NCBI GenBank assembly: GCA_008632985.1
Contig: QPGO01000069.1
Span: 124,001-188,000, forward strand
Reading direction: 5' to 3'
From: Psammoneis japonica
Lineage: Eukaryota
Length of the DNA: 64,000 bases
In this document: piece by piece, positions 12,128 to 24,117 of the stretch
How positions within the stretch are numbered: the stretch's first letter is position 1
Layout of the letters: the number at the start of each line of letters is the position of its first letter
Program-made: the position numbers and the translations under genes
The notes under the pieces: model-generated
What the model saw: only the letters and a program-made list of their open reading frames with translations
Database searches by the model: none
What the model was told of the DNA's origin: nothing

Positions 12128-15050
12128 TCATTGGGAGCTGTGCACCTTTGATGTTTTTGTCAAAGACCAATGCAATGGCTGACTGCAGTTTGCAAATGAA
12201 GTCTTGGCCATTTCTTTTGGTCCTTTTTCTTTGTTCTGACATTCTGGTCCTCTCTTTTCATTCAGATCGTCTCTTTCTTTCTTGATGAGCACTGCAGACA
12301 TCCAAGATGGGGAGTGCACTCCCTTGTGTCAGACAGACTGGCACACATGGACAGCATGGAGAGATCCGATGATCTCTCCTTTGCTCACTTTCTTTCTCAT
12401 CTAGCACACGATTGTCATCCTTCCTGGAAATCTGCCAGATTGTCCCGATGCCAGCAGTTCATGAGAAATCCCTTCCTTTTGCATCAACATGACAGTGTTC
12501 TTGATCATGGCCAGCTTGCACATCAACTTCTTGGGCATTGTTTTGCATGGCAGGTGATGTGTTGTGGCTCCAACTTGCTGTTTGATGGTCTGTCTGAATG
12601 CTCCACTTGACTTCCAGAACATGGTCCAGGGCATTTGCAGATGCAAGTTCTAGATTCATGCTGTCTGTGGCTTCCACCCCAGCATGTCCTTGAACTTGGG
12701 ATCACACTCAATGAAGAGCCAAAATCTTGAACAGGGCCATGTCATGCTGTCAGAGAATCACACCCAAGGCTTTGTAAATGCGCACATGTTTCTTGGACTT
12801 CAGCCTGACACAATGTTGGTGCTTGCTTGTCTTGTCTGTTGAGTGCAGCGTCTGAATGCCACATGCTTCCACAGTGTCAATGCAGAGGGTCATGCCTTCT
12901 CTCTGTTTCTTGCGGATCTCAGGTGGCGGAATTGCAGCGACATCATTCCTCTCACAGGAATGGTGCACCAACTTGGTCTTGCCCTTTGGCACATCTGTCA
13001 GTGGACCCCATGAGGCCACCATTCTGCCCATGACCTCAGGGATGATGGGTGGATTCTTCACCTGATTGGATCATAAAAATGGCTTGAAATCCCTCACACT
13101 GGGTGTTCCAGTCTCATGGCATGGTCTGAGTGCTTCCTTGGCAATTGCTGCTGCCCTTCTTGCTCAGTGCAGAGCCTTTCACACTCTGCTTCACAGCTGG
13201 GAAAACAGTTCCCAATGCACTCCCGTGCTTCTTGTTGGTCTTCTTGACAACCTTCTTCTCCTTTGACAGCATGCTCAAATGCAACTCATTTTCATGGAGT
13301 TCTTTTGTGTGGTCAAGGAACTGCTGGCTTGGAGCAAATGTGTGCAGTCTGATGTTGTCAACTTTGAACACCAAAACCTGTTTGCCAGTTTTCTCATCTG
13401 ATGAACAGAGCTTGTCTCCCAATCTGTCATTGCGCATGATGCAGCACTTGTTTTTCACATCCTTGAGACTCAGGATGTCAGCTGTTGCATTCTGTGATCC
13501 ACGTTTCATGTTGCCCCATCCTGACACAGCACAGTCTCTGTCCAGAGAATCCAATCCCATGTTGGTGGATGGATCAACCTCCTTGATCCTTGCCAGCTGC
13601 ACATCATGCACCATTCTCTGCCTTGCTGCCATGCTGAGGGTGCAGCCATTGTCAAGGTTGACCTCATCTGACTTGATGCCAAGCAAAAAGCCAACACATC
13701 AGCTTGGCTCAAACTTGTCCCTGGCTTGTCTTTGCCCTGCTTGTCTGCTTGGAACCCATGCCAAGCAATGTTTCTCCTGCTCAGGCCTCTTGCTGGAGCT
13801 TGCTGATCAACTTGATCTGTGCGTGTTGATGCTGGCATTGTTGCTGCTCACTGATGAGTTGCCTTCTTTTCTTGTCTGCGTGTGACCCTGGTGTCCCCTG
13901 GTGTCTGGCTTCCCACCAGAGTTCTTGCACCAGCCCTTCTGCAGGATCTCATCCTTGCACTTGCAGTCTGGACACTGGTGGTTTGGCTTGCCACAACAGT
14001 GGCCCACTGCAGCACCCTGTTAGTTCCTCTGGGCATGACTTTGGCATTGTGGGTTCTTGTTCTTGTAGTTGCCTTTGTTTCTGTTCCTGTCCTTGGGACA
14101 TTTGTTGTGCTTTTTGTTTCATCAGTTGCATGGATCATCATCCTTTGGATTGTTCTGTGACACACCCATTGCCTTCTGGAGTGACTTTGGATGCAAATCT
14201 GTTCCCAGGCTGCAGTGTCTCACAAGGCTCTTCTTGAGACTCTTGCAGAAGCTGTCATCACTGTTCTTCATGGACAGGAATGTGGCCCATGTCTCAAATG
14301 CTGTGTCTTCCAGCACTTTCTGTTTTGCTTTTTTCTCTGCCACTCTGTGCTGGCACAGTCCTTGCACTCTTTGGCATTCTTGATTGATCCATCCAGCATC
14401 TTGCTGCCAAGACCATCACTTGCACAGCGTCTTGTTGACTCTCAAATCTTGACAGGCAGTCATGCGGTGACTTGTCTTTGAGTTGTTTCATTTCCAGCAT
14501 GTGCTTCAGAGACTTGGCAAGTGTGTGGAATGAATGTCAACCTCTCATCAAGTCAAACGTGATCTCCTGACAATTGACAGCTGGGGTTGGCTTGCAGCAC
14601 TCTTGGTTTCATCAGCTTGGTTCAGCAATCATCTGGGATCAATGCAAGTGCAGTTGTTTTGTTCTCTTCTCCAGCTTCTCTGTGGGACTTTCTCATTGCA
14701 GTTGCATGGCCAGGCCTTTTGTTCATGCTTGCATTGTTTTTTCTTGTGCCCTTTGGATTGATGTGCTCCAACAACTGGCGTTGTCTGAATCTGGGATCAC
14801 GCAGATGGCATCTGCAATGTCAGTTTCTTGGAGAAATCTTTGACGAAGGACAAAACTTCATTTTTGGCTTGGAGCTCCTCTGGGAGTCAGTGTCACAGAA
14901 AAACATCTGGCCTCTGCCACCCCTGCCTTGGTTGTGTGCTTGGCTCTCAGCGCCCATTCTCTGGCGCCTCCCTCTCTGCCACTCACAATGCAGGTCTTCT
15001 GTCTTGAATGATCAAATGGAGGTGCGTGTCTCATGCACCAAGAAACACAG
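12128..15050 (-). mobile_element. Degenerate, truncated copia (CoDi-like) element 2: gag, protease and integrase remnants
   Basis: Zinc knuckle HCCGKPNHQCPDC (~13960-14000), protease-like NLDNGCTLS, integrase remnants TLCIDT..GIQTLH and DHVLEVKWSIQT (cf. EHVPEVERSIRT). Confidence 0.75.
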
Positions 15051-15073
15051 TGCTTGTGACTTTTTGGAGTGAA

Positions 15074-15401
15074 TGTTGAACTGACAAGTCAACTTCACCA
15101 AAAGGGAGTCCTGTGAGGTTTTCTGTGCTGCTCATTGCACTTGTCCTGGCTGCACTTGTCGTGAAGCTTTGAATGAACTTCGATCTCATGATGCAACAGG
15201 TGCCTGCTGACAGCACAGTGCAATTTGTGCAAACCAGATGATTCACTCCAAAGAGTGAGATGAAAGAAGGTTGGTGAGATTGGTGACAAATGCATGCTCA
15301 TTTCTCAGGTGTCACCAGATCCACCACGTCAGCACATCCAAAACATCTTCTCTTGAACAATCTTGATTCTGGGCTCTTAAATTTCTCGCTCATTCTGGAT
15401 G
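15074..15401. repeat. LTR-like direct repeat, copy B (probable 5' LTR of copia 2)
   Basis: Homologous to 8805-9127; lies just upstream of the minus-strand gag remnant. Confidence 0.7.
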
Positions 15402-16205
15402 CTTCAACAGCCATGGCCAGCTGCAAAATCAGTGCTGATTAAGAAGGGGGCAATGGCAAAGAGCAACACAATGCTGCACTGGCAATTTCATGTTGGCAAG
15501 CACCTCACCCCTCTCCAGACACAAGCTTTTGCTTCTGAGAGGCCAAGAACCCTTCACTCCAGCTCTTGCCAAAACAAATGGCAATGCCATGAGTTTCGAC
15601 ACATTCTGGAGAAATTTCAACAATGTCTCCATGTCCAGAGGAATGTTGCAGGAAGTGAGCCAAGAAGCAATCCTTTGTGGTGAGTTCACTCTCAGGCAGG
15701 GAAAGTTGGATCCTGCCAATGGAAGGGCCTGCACAGGCAAAGATTTCATGGCAAATTGTGTGCAAAAGAATGACCAGCACCAATGGACAGGATCAATTAA
15801 AAGATCATTGGTCAACAACCAATGGACTGGTTTTGTGGGCTGATGAAGAAAAAGAAGTTTCACCGCATCAGGACATTGAGAGATCAACATGGACTGGTCA
15901 AGTGAGAAAATGTTTGTGTCCCGATCTGTGAGCGAAGAGCAACGTACAAACGAAAAGTTCCCTCAGAAAACAACTGATTACAGTTTTACAACTGACTGTA
16001 TCTGCCCAAGTTTTTGACGGCATCCGACGCACAGAGGCTGACAATGGCGGGAGCTTCCAACCATGCCAATGCCTTTCATGTCGTGGAAGCTGGACCCAGC
16101 TGAGCGCATCATTATTCTGGTGATCTCCCTACTGAAGGAACGAATTGCACACCAAAATTCTGATTGCATAGGACTATACCTCTCAAAGAAGTCTCCCAGT
16201 TCATT

Positions 16206-16952
16206 TTACCAACTAATTGGCTCTCCATTTCGAAAGAACCCGCCGGTAGGACCAGACTTGGGCAAGGTTGCAGCAAACACAACGGATTCCCCACCACGTT
16301 CAATGGGACCACCGCCACTCCCACCCATATCTGTGGCGATCCATCCCGGACATACGGCATTGACTCGAATACTTGGTAGATCGGCTGCGAGTTTGAGAGT
16401 AAGGGCATTCAAAGCGGCCTTGGAAACGCCGTATGCTGGTGTTGAGCCGCTCATACCGCCTTGCATTGCACCAGCGCCAGAACTGACATTGACAATACGT
16501 GGGTTTTCCGACGCTTCAAGAAGAGACAAAAATGCCATGGAACATCGCCACGGACCGTACAAATTCGTTTCCATGGTCTCTTTTACATTATCAAGATCTG
16601 CCGCACTCGTTCTTTGCCAGTCATCGTAATTGATACCCGCGTTATTGATCAGAACGTCCAACACCCCGAACGACTCCTTGATTTTTGACACGGCTGCATC
16701 CACCGATGCTTGATCCGTGACATCTAGTTGAATTGGTTGAATCTTCTCATCCAAGCCCAAGTCGCTGACGGCTTGCTGACCATTTTCCAGTGAACGCGAT
16801 CCCAGCAACACTTGATATCCTTTCAGCGCCAATTGACGACAAACTTCTTTTCCTATACCTCGATTGGCACCCTTCACGAGAGCAACTTGACTCATACTCA
16901 TGGTGTAGTTGCAAAGAAGTAGCAGTAGGAATGCAGCAATGACTTTGGCCAT
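16206..16952 (-). CDS. Short-chain dehydrogenase/reductase (carbonyl reductase-like)
   Basis: GANRGIG NAD(P) motif, LINNAG, NVSS, catalytic YGVSK, VNAVCPGWIATDMGG; intronless; start at 16952 or a downstream Met. Confidence 0.93.
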   Translation of the reverse strand: MAKVIAAFLLLLLCNYTMSMSQVALVKGANRGIGKEVCRQLALKGYQVLLGSRSLENGQQAVSDLGLDEKIQPIQLDVTDQASVDAAVSKIKESFGVLDVLINNAGINYDDWQRTSAADLDNVKETMETNLYGPWRCSMAFLSLLEASENPRIVNVSSGAGAMQGGMSGSTPAYGVSKAALNALTLKLAADLPSIRVNAVCPGWIATDMGGSGGGPIERGGESVVFAATLPKSGPTGGFFRNGEPISW

Positions 16953-17309
16953 GCTGCGAGTTTCGCTGTGATGCAATAATGAATCGCCTCTCACAGTAAG
17001 TCGCGAATAGAATAAGCGCGAAAAATTCCATGTTGCCAGTTTCGCGCGCACAACTGAAATAATGAAGCGTTATTCTGGTCCATTTATGACTGGTCATGAC
17101 TCGTGTGGTATGTTCTCTACGTGGGCCGCTACGCGGCCCACTTGCATTTCTGACTCACTGGAATAACGATTCTCTCCTAGTTGTGTACGCCGTGACACCG
17201 TAGGTAGAAAATAAGTAGGATGAGTACCGAACCGGAAACGGCCATCGGATCCGGAAAACACATCACAACAGTAGCACCATGAGCTCGTGGGGGGTTTTGG
17301 GAGGTGCTA

Positions 17310-18060
17310 TCTCAATGAATTTTCAACCGATTTTCTCACTTCTTGTTTTGTTTGACACGTCAATTTGACAGGTAATGTGAGAGTCTTGGTTTTACTCTTC
17401 GAAATTGGACTTATTACCGACAAAATATTTTTTGAAAGTTCACCCAATTGGATTTCTAGTTGATGGAGTTTGTCAACTGATGCAGCGGGCTTTCGTCGTC
17501 ATTTTTTGGTCAATCTTCCCGATTCTTGTTTCTGAACTCGTATATATTATGTGTGTGAGGTGATGAGAGTGTGAGAATTGCGAAACAAGCCATTCTAAGC
17601 TAAAGATGTGGACTTTGAACGAATGCAAAATTGATTCATTTGATTCAGATTGGACAACTGTAAGTGCTGCGTAGCAGTTTCTGTCTCATTTTTCAACCGA
17701 TTTTCTCACTTCTTGTTTTGTTTCGAATATTGATTCAACAAGGAATGTGAGATGCTTGGTTTTATTTTGTATCATTGGACTTATCATCGGAAAAACAGTT
17801 TTTGAGAGATCGCTCAAGTTTGAGTCGGCGGGGTGCGATACACGCCAAGTCGGAGGCTCCGGTGCTGTCTCATTTTTCAACCGATTTTCTCACTTCTTGT
17901 TTTGTTTCGAATATCAATTCAACAAAGAATATGAGATGCTTAGTTTTATTTTGTATTGTTGGACTTATCACCGGAAAAACAGTTTTTGAAAGATCGCTCA
18001 AGTTTGAGTCGGCGGCAAACGATGCAGGCCAAGTCGGAGGCTCCTGTGCCGTCGCTGTCT
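17310..18060. repeat. ~184-bp tandem repeat, about 4 units (2 near-identical, 2 diverged), downstream of the Crypton ORF
   Basis: tttcaaccgattttctcacttcttgttttgttt recurs at 17321, 17691 and 17875, with a degenerate unit near 17505. Confidence 0.9.
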
Positions 18061-18079
18061 CCCCCATGCCACTTGCCAT

Positions 18080-20593
18080 TCATATGTAGTTCTTATCCTT
18101 CAACACCTTGACAAAATTAGAAAGTTTTTGGTTTGCTTCAGCCTTGTAAATTGTGTTCATTTCTTCAATGATGACACTCGCCGTCTTCTGCGGGTTTGCG
18201 CTTCGTAGCGAGTCTATCGCTTTCACAATGCGCTTGACTCGAGAAAAGCACTGTGAGTCGGCTTTATCAAAGTCCTTCCGCACATGCATTTGTGGTCGCT
18301 TTCCATCTTTTCCAGCCCTCCAACCACAGGCTTGTCCTTGAACGTGCTCAAGCCATGCCACTGGTCGTAAATCGACTGAACGCTAGAGTGGTTTCGACGC
18401 GGTGGTTTGTAGCCAAATCCCTCTGGAGCTGCTGTTGTGATGCCAGTATCTGCAGTGTCAGTGCTGCTGCCGGGCCCCTCTTCCACCCTGGAGCTCCCTC
18501 CTGCACCAACTTGAGCGCTGCCGCCAGCTCTGGAGAGTCCTCTGCCATGAAGCAAGCTGCTGGCAGCCAGTGTGAGCTGTCCTGCTGCTGCCGACCGGGC
18601 TCCTTCATTGGCACGGTACTCGCCAACAAAGCCATCAAGCTTGCTCTCCAGACGCTTCTGACCAGCTTCCAACTGCTGCTGCCCGTGACCAAAGAGATGA
18701 GAGTCGCTCATGAACTCCTGGGAGGACAGCAGAGAGGCTTTTGTCTGCCGGAGAAGAGGCGCTTTGCAGGCTCTCCCGCATGGTTTGACGAAACTCCAGA
18801 AACAGTGGATGCTGAAACACCTCCATCTGAAAAAGCGGGTGCCTTGATCGCTCGGGATGGAGCTCTAGAATGGCTGCTGCATTGTGAAGAATCACTCGTC
18901 GAAGCTCCTTCAACAGCACCAAGAAGTTGATGGCGGTGTGATGAGCGGCATTGTTTTGCGCCATGGAAGTCACCACAGCATTGTGAGACTCTTCAACAAA
19001 TGGAAATATGGTCGCCTGGAGCTCTTCTGGCGGCTCAACCACTGTTCTGGGATTGAAATGCATGCCGTTGGCTTTGTGAAACCCACCTTTGGCTTGGATG
19101 GATGGCATGGGCAATTTTGTAGAGTAGAACTTCTCTTGTGTCTTTGGGTCCCAGTTTCCAAGGGTTCGAGTCTCTTCGCTGGGACGCTCTAGAAACTCCA
19201 TTTCAACAGCTCCGAGGACTCTCCCAAAATGGACGTAGTGGTTCATGGGAATGCCCACCTCCTTTCCAATTTTCTTCATGGCATCACCATAAGTCGCGTC
19301 AGAGATGTTCACGGTGTTGTCAGTGGTTCTGGAGTCCACCAGAAGCTTGATGTCGAACCACGACTTGTTGTCGGTAAAGTCGGGCGGCTGGTCCATTTCC
19401 CCAGTCAGGTAGAATCGATAGAGCAACATGAATCCAAGGCTTCCCACAGAGCAAAGGAGGGGATTCAGGTGCCTCATGCTGCGGCCATACAATTTCACAC
19501 CTTTGTTTGTCTTTCCCGTAGCTATCTGCATGATGAGAAGCGTCAAAGGGTGAGGGTCGGAATCTTTCTGTATTTTTATGCACAAGAGATCGGACAGCTC
19601 TGCTTTGTAGACTGACTCCCCACGTAGAATCCCTGAGAAAGTCTGTAAGAAGCAGTAACGGTTTCTTAAGCCACAGAAAGCCTGACGAGAGGTGTTGTAT
19701 CCACTCTTCCACAAGCACGATTCGATCGAGTCCAGCTCTTGAATGGCTGCATATGGTGCAAAATCGTGGTCAATCTTTTCTTTGTAATTTTTTTTGTTGA
19801 TTCTTTCCTTGCGATTGCTGACCATTTTCATCAGCCTTTCTGTGTCTTCCGTCCAAATAAATTCCCATGGAAGCGAGTTTGCATTCTGAGCGACCTGCCG
19901 CGTGTGAATGTGTTTGATAGCGTATTTGTACTGTGCCATCAAACTGTGGCCGACCGGGTTTTGCGGCTCCGGTATTTCACTCCTTGTTCCTTGAAGATAC
20001 TCTTGAAATATTTTTTGGTAGGTGTGGATAACTGTACGGAAATTGGAGGTATCAAAATTGCCGCCCGTCGGTTCCGATTCGCCACGCTTTCGTTTCCCAC
20101 CTTGTTTCTTCCTTTCTCGGAATGCCTGATAGAACATAAATTCGTGCACTTTTTCCTTTGTAACAAGGTATATGGTATCATCACCAACAGCGGCTTTTGA
20201 CTCACAATACGCCCTGAATTCATCCTTCTTTGGGTCGAACGCGAGACTGTTGTTGTCGACCGTATTCTGATCTGCGATGTTCAGTACTGTTTCAGACATC
20301 ATTCGCTGGTTGACACCAGAAAGCTGCTGTGGATGCACCAGAGGCCCCATAAGTTGTTGCTCAGTCCTCAGGCGGCTAGCATTATGCCTGGCACGCATGC
20401 CTCTGGCCCGTTGCTGGTTGGCAAGCGTCGTCATAGTCGTTCCGGGACCGCTCCGTGTGTGCATTCTGAAAGCAATCGCGAGAAAAATTAAAAAGGAAGG
20501 TGGCCACAGAAAAAAGTGCACACGAGAGCAATTTGAACCGGAGGCCTCTTGCAGCTTCCAGTATCGCTTTTCGTGAGGTTGAAAATGTCTCAT
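18080..20593 (-). mobile_element. Crypton-type DNA transposon: Ndc10-like tyrosine recombinase plus frameshifted GCR1_C-like C-terminal domain
   Basis: Catalytic set R (ILRGES), K (GKTN), HxxR (HFGR), W (LGNW), Y (FYSTKLP). C-terminal SVQSIYDQWHG..GGLEKME and FSRVKRIVKAI lie in shifted frames (18223-18711, 18080-18361). Confidence 0.85.
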
Positions 20594-20860
20594 GCTGACG
20601 TTTTTTATAATTGATCATGACGTCCCACAACCATAATAACGACAATTATTGCATGACCGAACCCCAAAATAATAAAATTATTATGCACATCAGTCATGAC
20701 TGAGAGCCTGACACGTCATCAAAATGTCGCCTCAGTCTGACTGGGGTCAACATAATGTGGCGCAAAAATTGAATCTGCGTTGATGCTACTTTGAATAGCA
20801 CCCGCTTCAGTAAGAAACTCTTGTGACCTCAATTGACACGAAGACGACAGTCACTATCTT

Positions 20861-22105
20861 ATGAGTAGCCCTACTAGTCATTCCGATAAAGTCCCGGCAC
20901 GAATTGTAGAGCACTGTAGACGCCTCTTGCGAAACGATGCCCTTCTCGTCAAACTCAACTTGTCTCATGTTCCCGTGTTGGACGCCGGTGGCATTGAACT
21001 GGGAAATGCCATTGGACACAACTCTGTTTTACGAGAATTGGTATTGAATGACAATATATTGTGCCGTGAGGGATCGGTAGCAATCTTTGAGGGCCTGGCT
21101 CGCAACGCGAGTCTTCAGAGCATGTTTTGGGGTGGTAACATGATGGGACGGGACGGTGCCGCTGCCTTGGCAAGGGCGCTTCGAATCAACGAGTCATTAC
21201 AAGTACTTTGGCTTGTCGAAGAAGACATGGGGGAGGGAGCCGTCACTCTATTTCAGGGTGGTCTCCGTCACAATATGGGTCTAGATACGCTTCACATAAT
21301 GGGCAATCTCGACTTGCAACGCGACTGCTGGGCAGCGTTGGGAGAAGCGCTCAAATACAATACGACATTGCGGGTACTTGATTTGGGTAAGAGTGACATT
21401 GGTGATGATGATGTGGTTGGAGTTGCCAATGGATTGAGAGTAAATGTTGGTTTGAAAATTCTGGATTTGCGACGAAACAACATTTCGGGTCGTGGTGGGG
21501 TAGCGCTGGGGTCCATGCTGGCTGCCAATCGGACCCTCGAACAACTCAACTTGTACGCCAACGAAGTTGACAATGACGGTGCCTCGGCTATTGGACAAGG
21601 ACTTCTGCGAAACAATTCGTTAGTCAAACTCGACCTTACGCTCAACCACATTGGTGACGAGGGTGCGGTGGCTTTTGCGGAATGTTTGAGCAACAACGCG
21701 CTAAAGGAGCTGTATCTCACAAGAAACCAAATTGGTGACAAAGGTGCGATAGCTATTGCTCAAGGACTTGTACATTGTACGAGCCTGAGGGAACTGTACC
21801 TGTCGAATAACTGCATTGCAACTGAGGGTATGAAGGCAATTTTGGAGGTGCTACAGCGCAAAAACAAGACTGTCCAATCACTCTTTGTGCACAACCAGGA
21901 GCGATCCACGGACGAGATGGCAAGTCTTGCCAAAGAAATCGACTTTTGTACGAGACTCAACGAGGCCGGCTTTCCATTCATTGGAGACGCGGCCATTCCT
22001 TTTTCGCTGTGGCCGCTCATTTTGGAACGCGCCAGTATCCAACCGGACGTCCTTTTTCGTTTTCTTTCGGCCAAACCCGAATTGATGAAGCGGCGCCAAA
22101 CATGA
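20861..22105 (+). CDS. RNI-like/NLRC3-like leucine-rich repeat protein
   Basis: ~28-aa repeats LxxLxLxxNxIGDxGAxA; C-terminal LWPLILER..PDVLFRFL typical of the expanded diatom family. Confidence 0.9.
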   Translation: MSSPTSHSDKVPARIVEHCRRLLRNDALLVKLNLSHVPVLDAGGIELGNAIGHNSVLRELVLNDNILCREGSVAIFEGLARNASLQSMFWGGNMMGRDGAAALARALRINESLQVLWLVEEDMGEGAVTLFQGGLRHNMGLDTLHIMGNLDLQRDCWAALGEALKYNTTLRVLDLGKSDIGDDDVVGVANGLRVNVGLKILDLRRNNISGRGGVALGSMLAANRTLEQLNLYANEVDNDGASAIGQGLLRNNSLVKLDLTLNHIGDEGAVAFAECLSNNALKELYLTRNQIGDKGAIAIAQGLVHCTSLRELYLSNNCIATEGMKAILEVLQRKNKTVQSLFVHNQERSTDEMASLAKEIDFCTRLNEAGFPFIGDAAIPFSLWPLILERASIQPDVLFRFLSAKPELMKRRQT

Positions 22106-22883
22106 ATTCCTACCAAGCCCACGCGAATATCCCAGTCTCACTAGAAAAGTTAAAAGCATCCTTACCAGCACAGGTTTCTTTTCTAGTTGAAGCGTTGGGA
22201 ATCGGCGCAAAGCCCCTACTTTCAAAGACGCTATTGTACGATAAACGGAGGAAACATCATGATTCAAGTAAACATTGTTTTTTGGAAATTTGATGGAATT
22301 GACAAGTTGGTGGCCCCAACCCGAGGTATCAGAGGAGCACTGCCATCCGCCCCCTTCTCTTTAGCTTCTCACGTTTAACGGATCATGACCTTACTCGACA
22401 GAGCTCTGGCTTCAATCCTGGAAAAAGCCCTTGTGGTACGGATTGCCATTTTGCAGAACGAAGCAAATCTTTCCCCTCATTTAACCGACCCGTTTCATAG
22501 GTTTGCGTACTCTCTAGCTAGGGCCAGTCATCATGACAGAACCGTTAAGTCAAGTTTTCGTCTCTTGACGAATCATCTGGTTTTCATGACATATTGTCTG
22601 GGGAGGATGGAAATACTCAGGTAGCCCTTCCTTGTCTCTTTCTTTGATCTAATAGTTAGGTGGCAACAAGGGAGTACACGTCTTCTTCGTCACCATGTTT
22701 TGGACTCCTACGCTCTACTTTGAGCTGCTATCTGGCTCTTGGCATTCATCACTCATACATCGTCCGCTTGTGCCCATCCCAATCTGGAACTGCTTTCTAT
22801 AGGAACGGTTCTGTATGGGTAGAACATCTATGGCATGTAACAAATGTCTAGAAGTAGCATACATACTGCAAACCAGTTTTCAT

Positions 22884-23666
22884 TTAATCCTCTACAGGAA
22901 TCGGGCCTTTCTCAGACACGTAGATACCGTCAAGGAATTTACGCAAATCCTTCTTGCGGACATTGGTGGCTTGTTGAATCTGAGCAGCAGAAAGAGAAAC
23001 AAGTGCAATGTCGTTACCAGAGAGTTCAATCTGGTCCTTCACATCCGCGGTACGGACGTAGTCGACTCCATCCATGAGTGTAACCTTGCGCACTCGCTTC
23101 TCTCCCAAAAAGTTACGAATTTCAACAGTTTTCCCGGCAAGCGTGACATTGATGGGAAAATGCGAATAGACAAAGCGCATCTTGTATCTGAATCCCTGAG
23201 TGACCCCGACAAACATGTTGTCAATGTGCGAGCAGACGGTACGGACACACGCGAGTTGTTTACGGGTGGCAAACCACAAGTCAACGCGGAGGTTCTTTGT
23301 GCCGACCTTTACCAAGTTGCAAGACACGTGCTTAAAGTCGCGCGTGAGAGTGCCACGGGGACCAGTGACAGTCACAACTCGTGACTTGACTTCAACTTCC
23401 ACTGTGTGAAGCAAAACGAGAGAGGCATGGAAGCAAAAGTGAGAGGGCGGGATTGTGAGATCAAAATTTCAAACAAGGAATCCGTGCGACACGGAATCTT
23501 GCTTTGTGTTTCACAGAGGCGTCGGCAGAAAAAAAGGCAATGGCGTCGTCTTTCTCGACTTCGACTGCAACCACATTCTCCATTCGTTTCAACACATATC
23601 ACCAGCACGATTATACGTACCACCATCGGGGATCTCAATCGTCCGGCTAGATAGAACGGTCTTCAT
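22884..23666 (-). CDS. RPL9: 60S ribosomal protein L9 (uL6); exons 23621-23666 and 22884-23401
   Basis: Spliced [32 protein letters not shown]...RNFLGEK...[16 protein letters not shown] intron 23402-23620. Confidence 0.97.
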
Positions 23667-24117
23667 TTTTTCCCAATAACAGAGACAACGAGTGGCGGGC
23701 CAGGGCGCGGGGGCTTGATGAATGAACTCTTGCGGTGTGAAGAGTTAGAGATTTTCTACGCGGCAATGCACATGTGTACAGATACGTACAACTTCTACAC
23801 AAGATCTTACCGGTTACTATTCGCGGTCTTGGGGTCAGTCATGGTCCGCGACCACCTTCATCAGGGTTTGCTTCTTGTGCTCTATGAAAAAATTGATATA
23901 ATGAGAAAAATGGGCCCGACTTTGCCACGTCATGTCGTATGTCGTTGAACAGCTCTACTCTTTTTGTTCTGTCAACACCGTCAACACTATCAACGCAACA
24001 CCCAGCCACACTCCATACATCGTGTAACTTGTGTTGCCATCGATTCTGATTTCCTACAACAGTGTTATTTTCATCGTTTCGTGTATTTTTGATTTAGCTT
24101 AAAAGGTTGTTGCTACG

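Noticed and set aside
1..15900. Dozens of 60-260 aa six-frame ORFs as real genes
   Set aside because: They are Tyr-free, Cys/His-rich, overlap on both strands, and are explained by loss of TAA/TAG in decayed TEs.
23402..23620. snoRNA in the relatively long RPL9 intron
   Set aside because: No convincing C/D or H/ACA box pair seen by eye; a covariance-model search would be needed.
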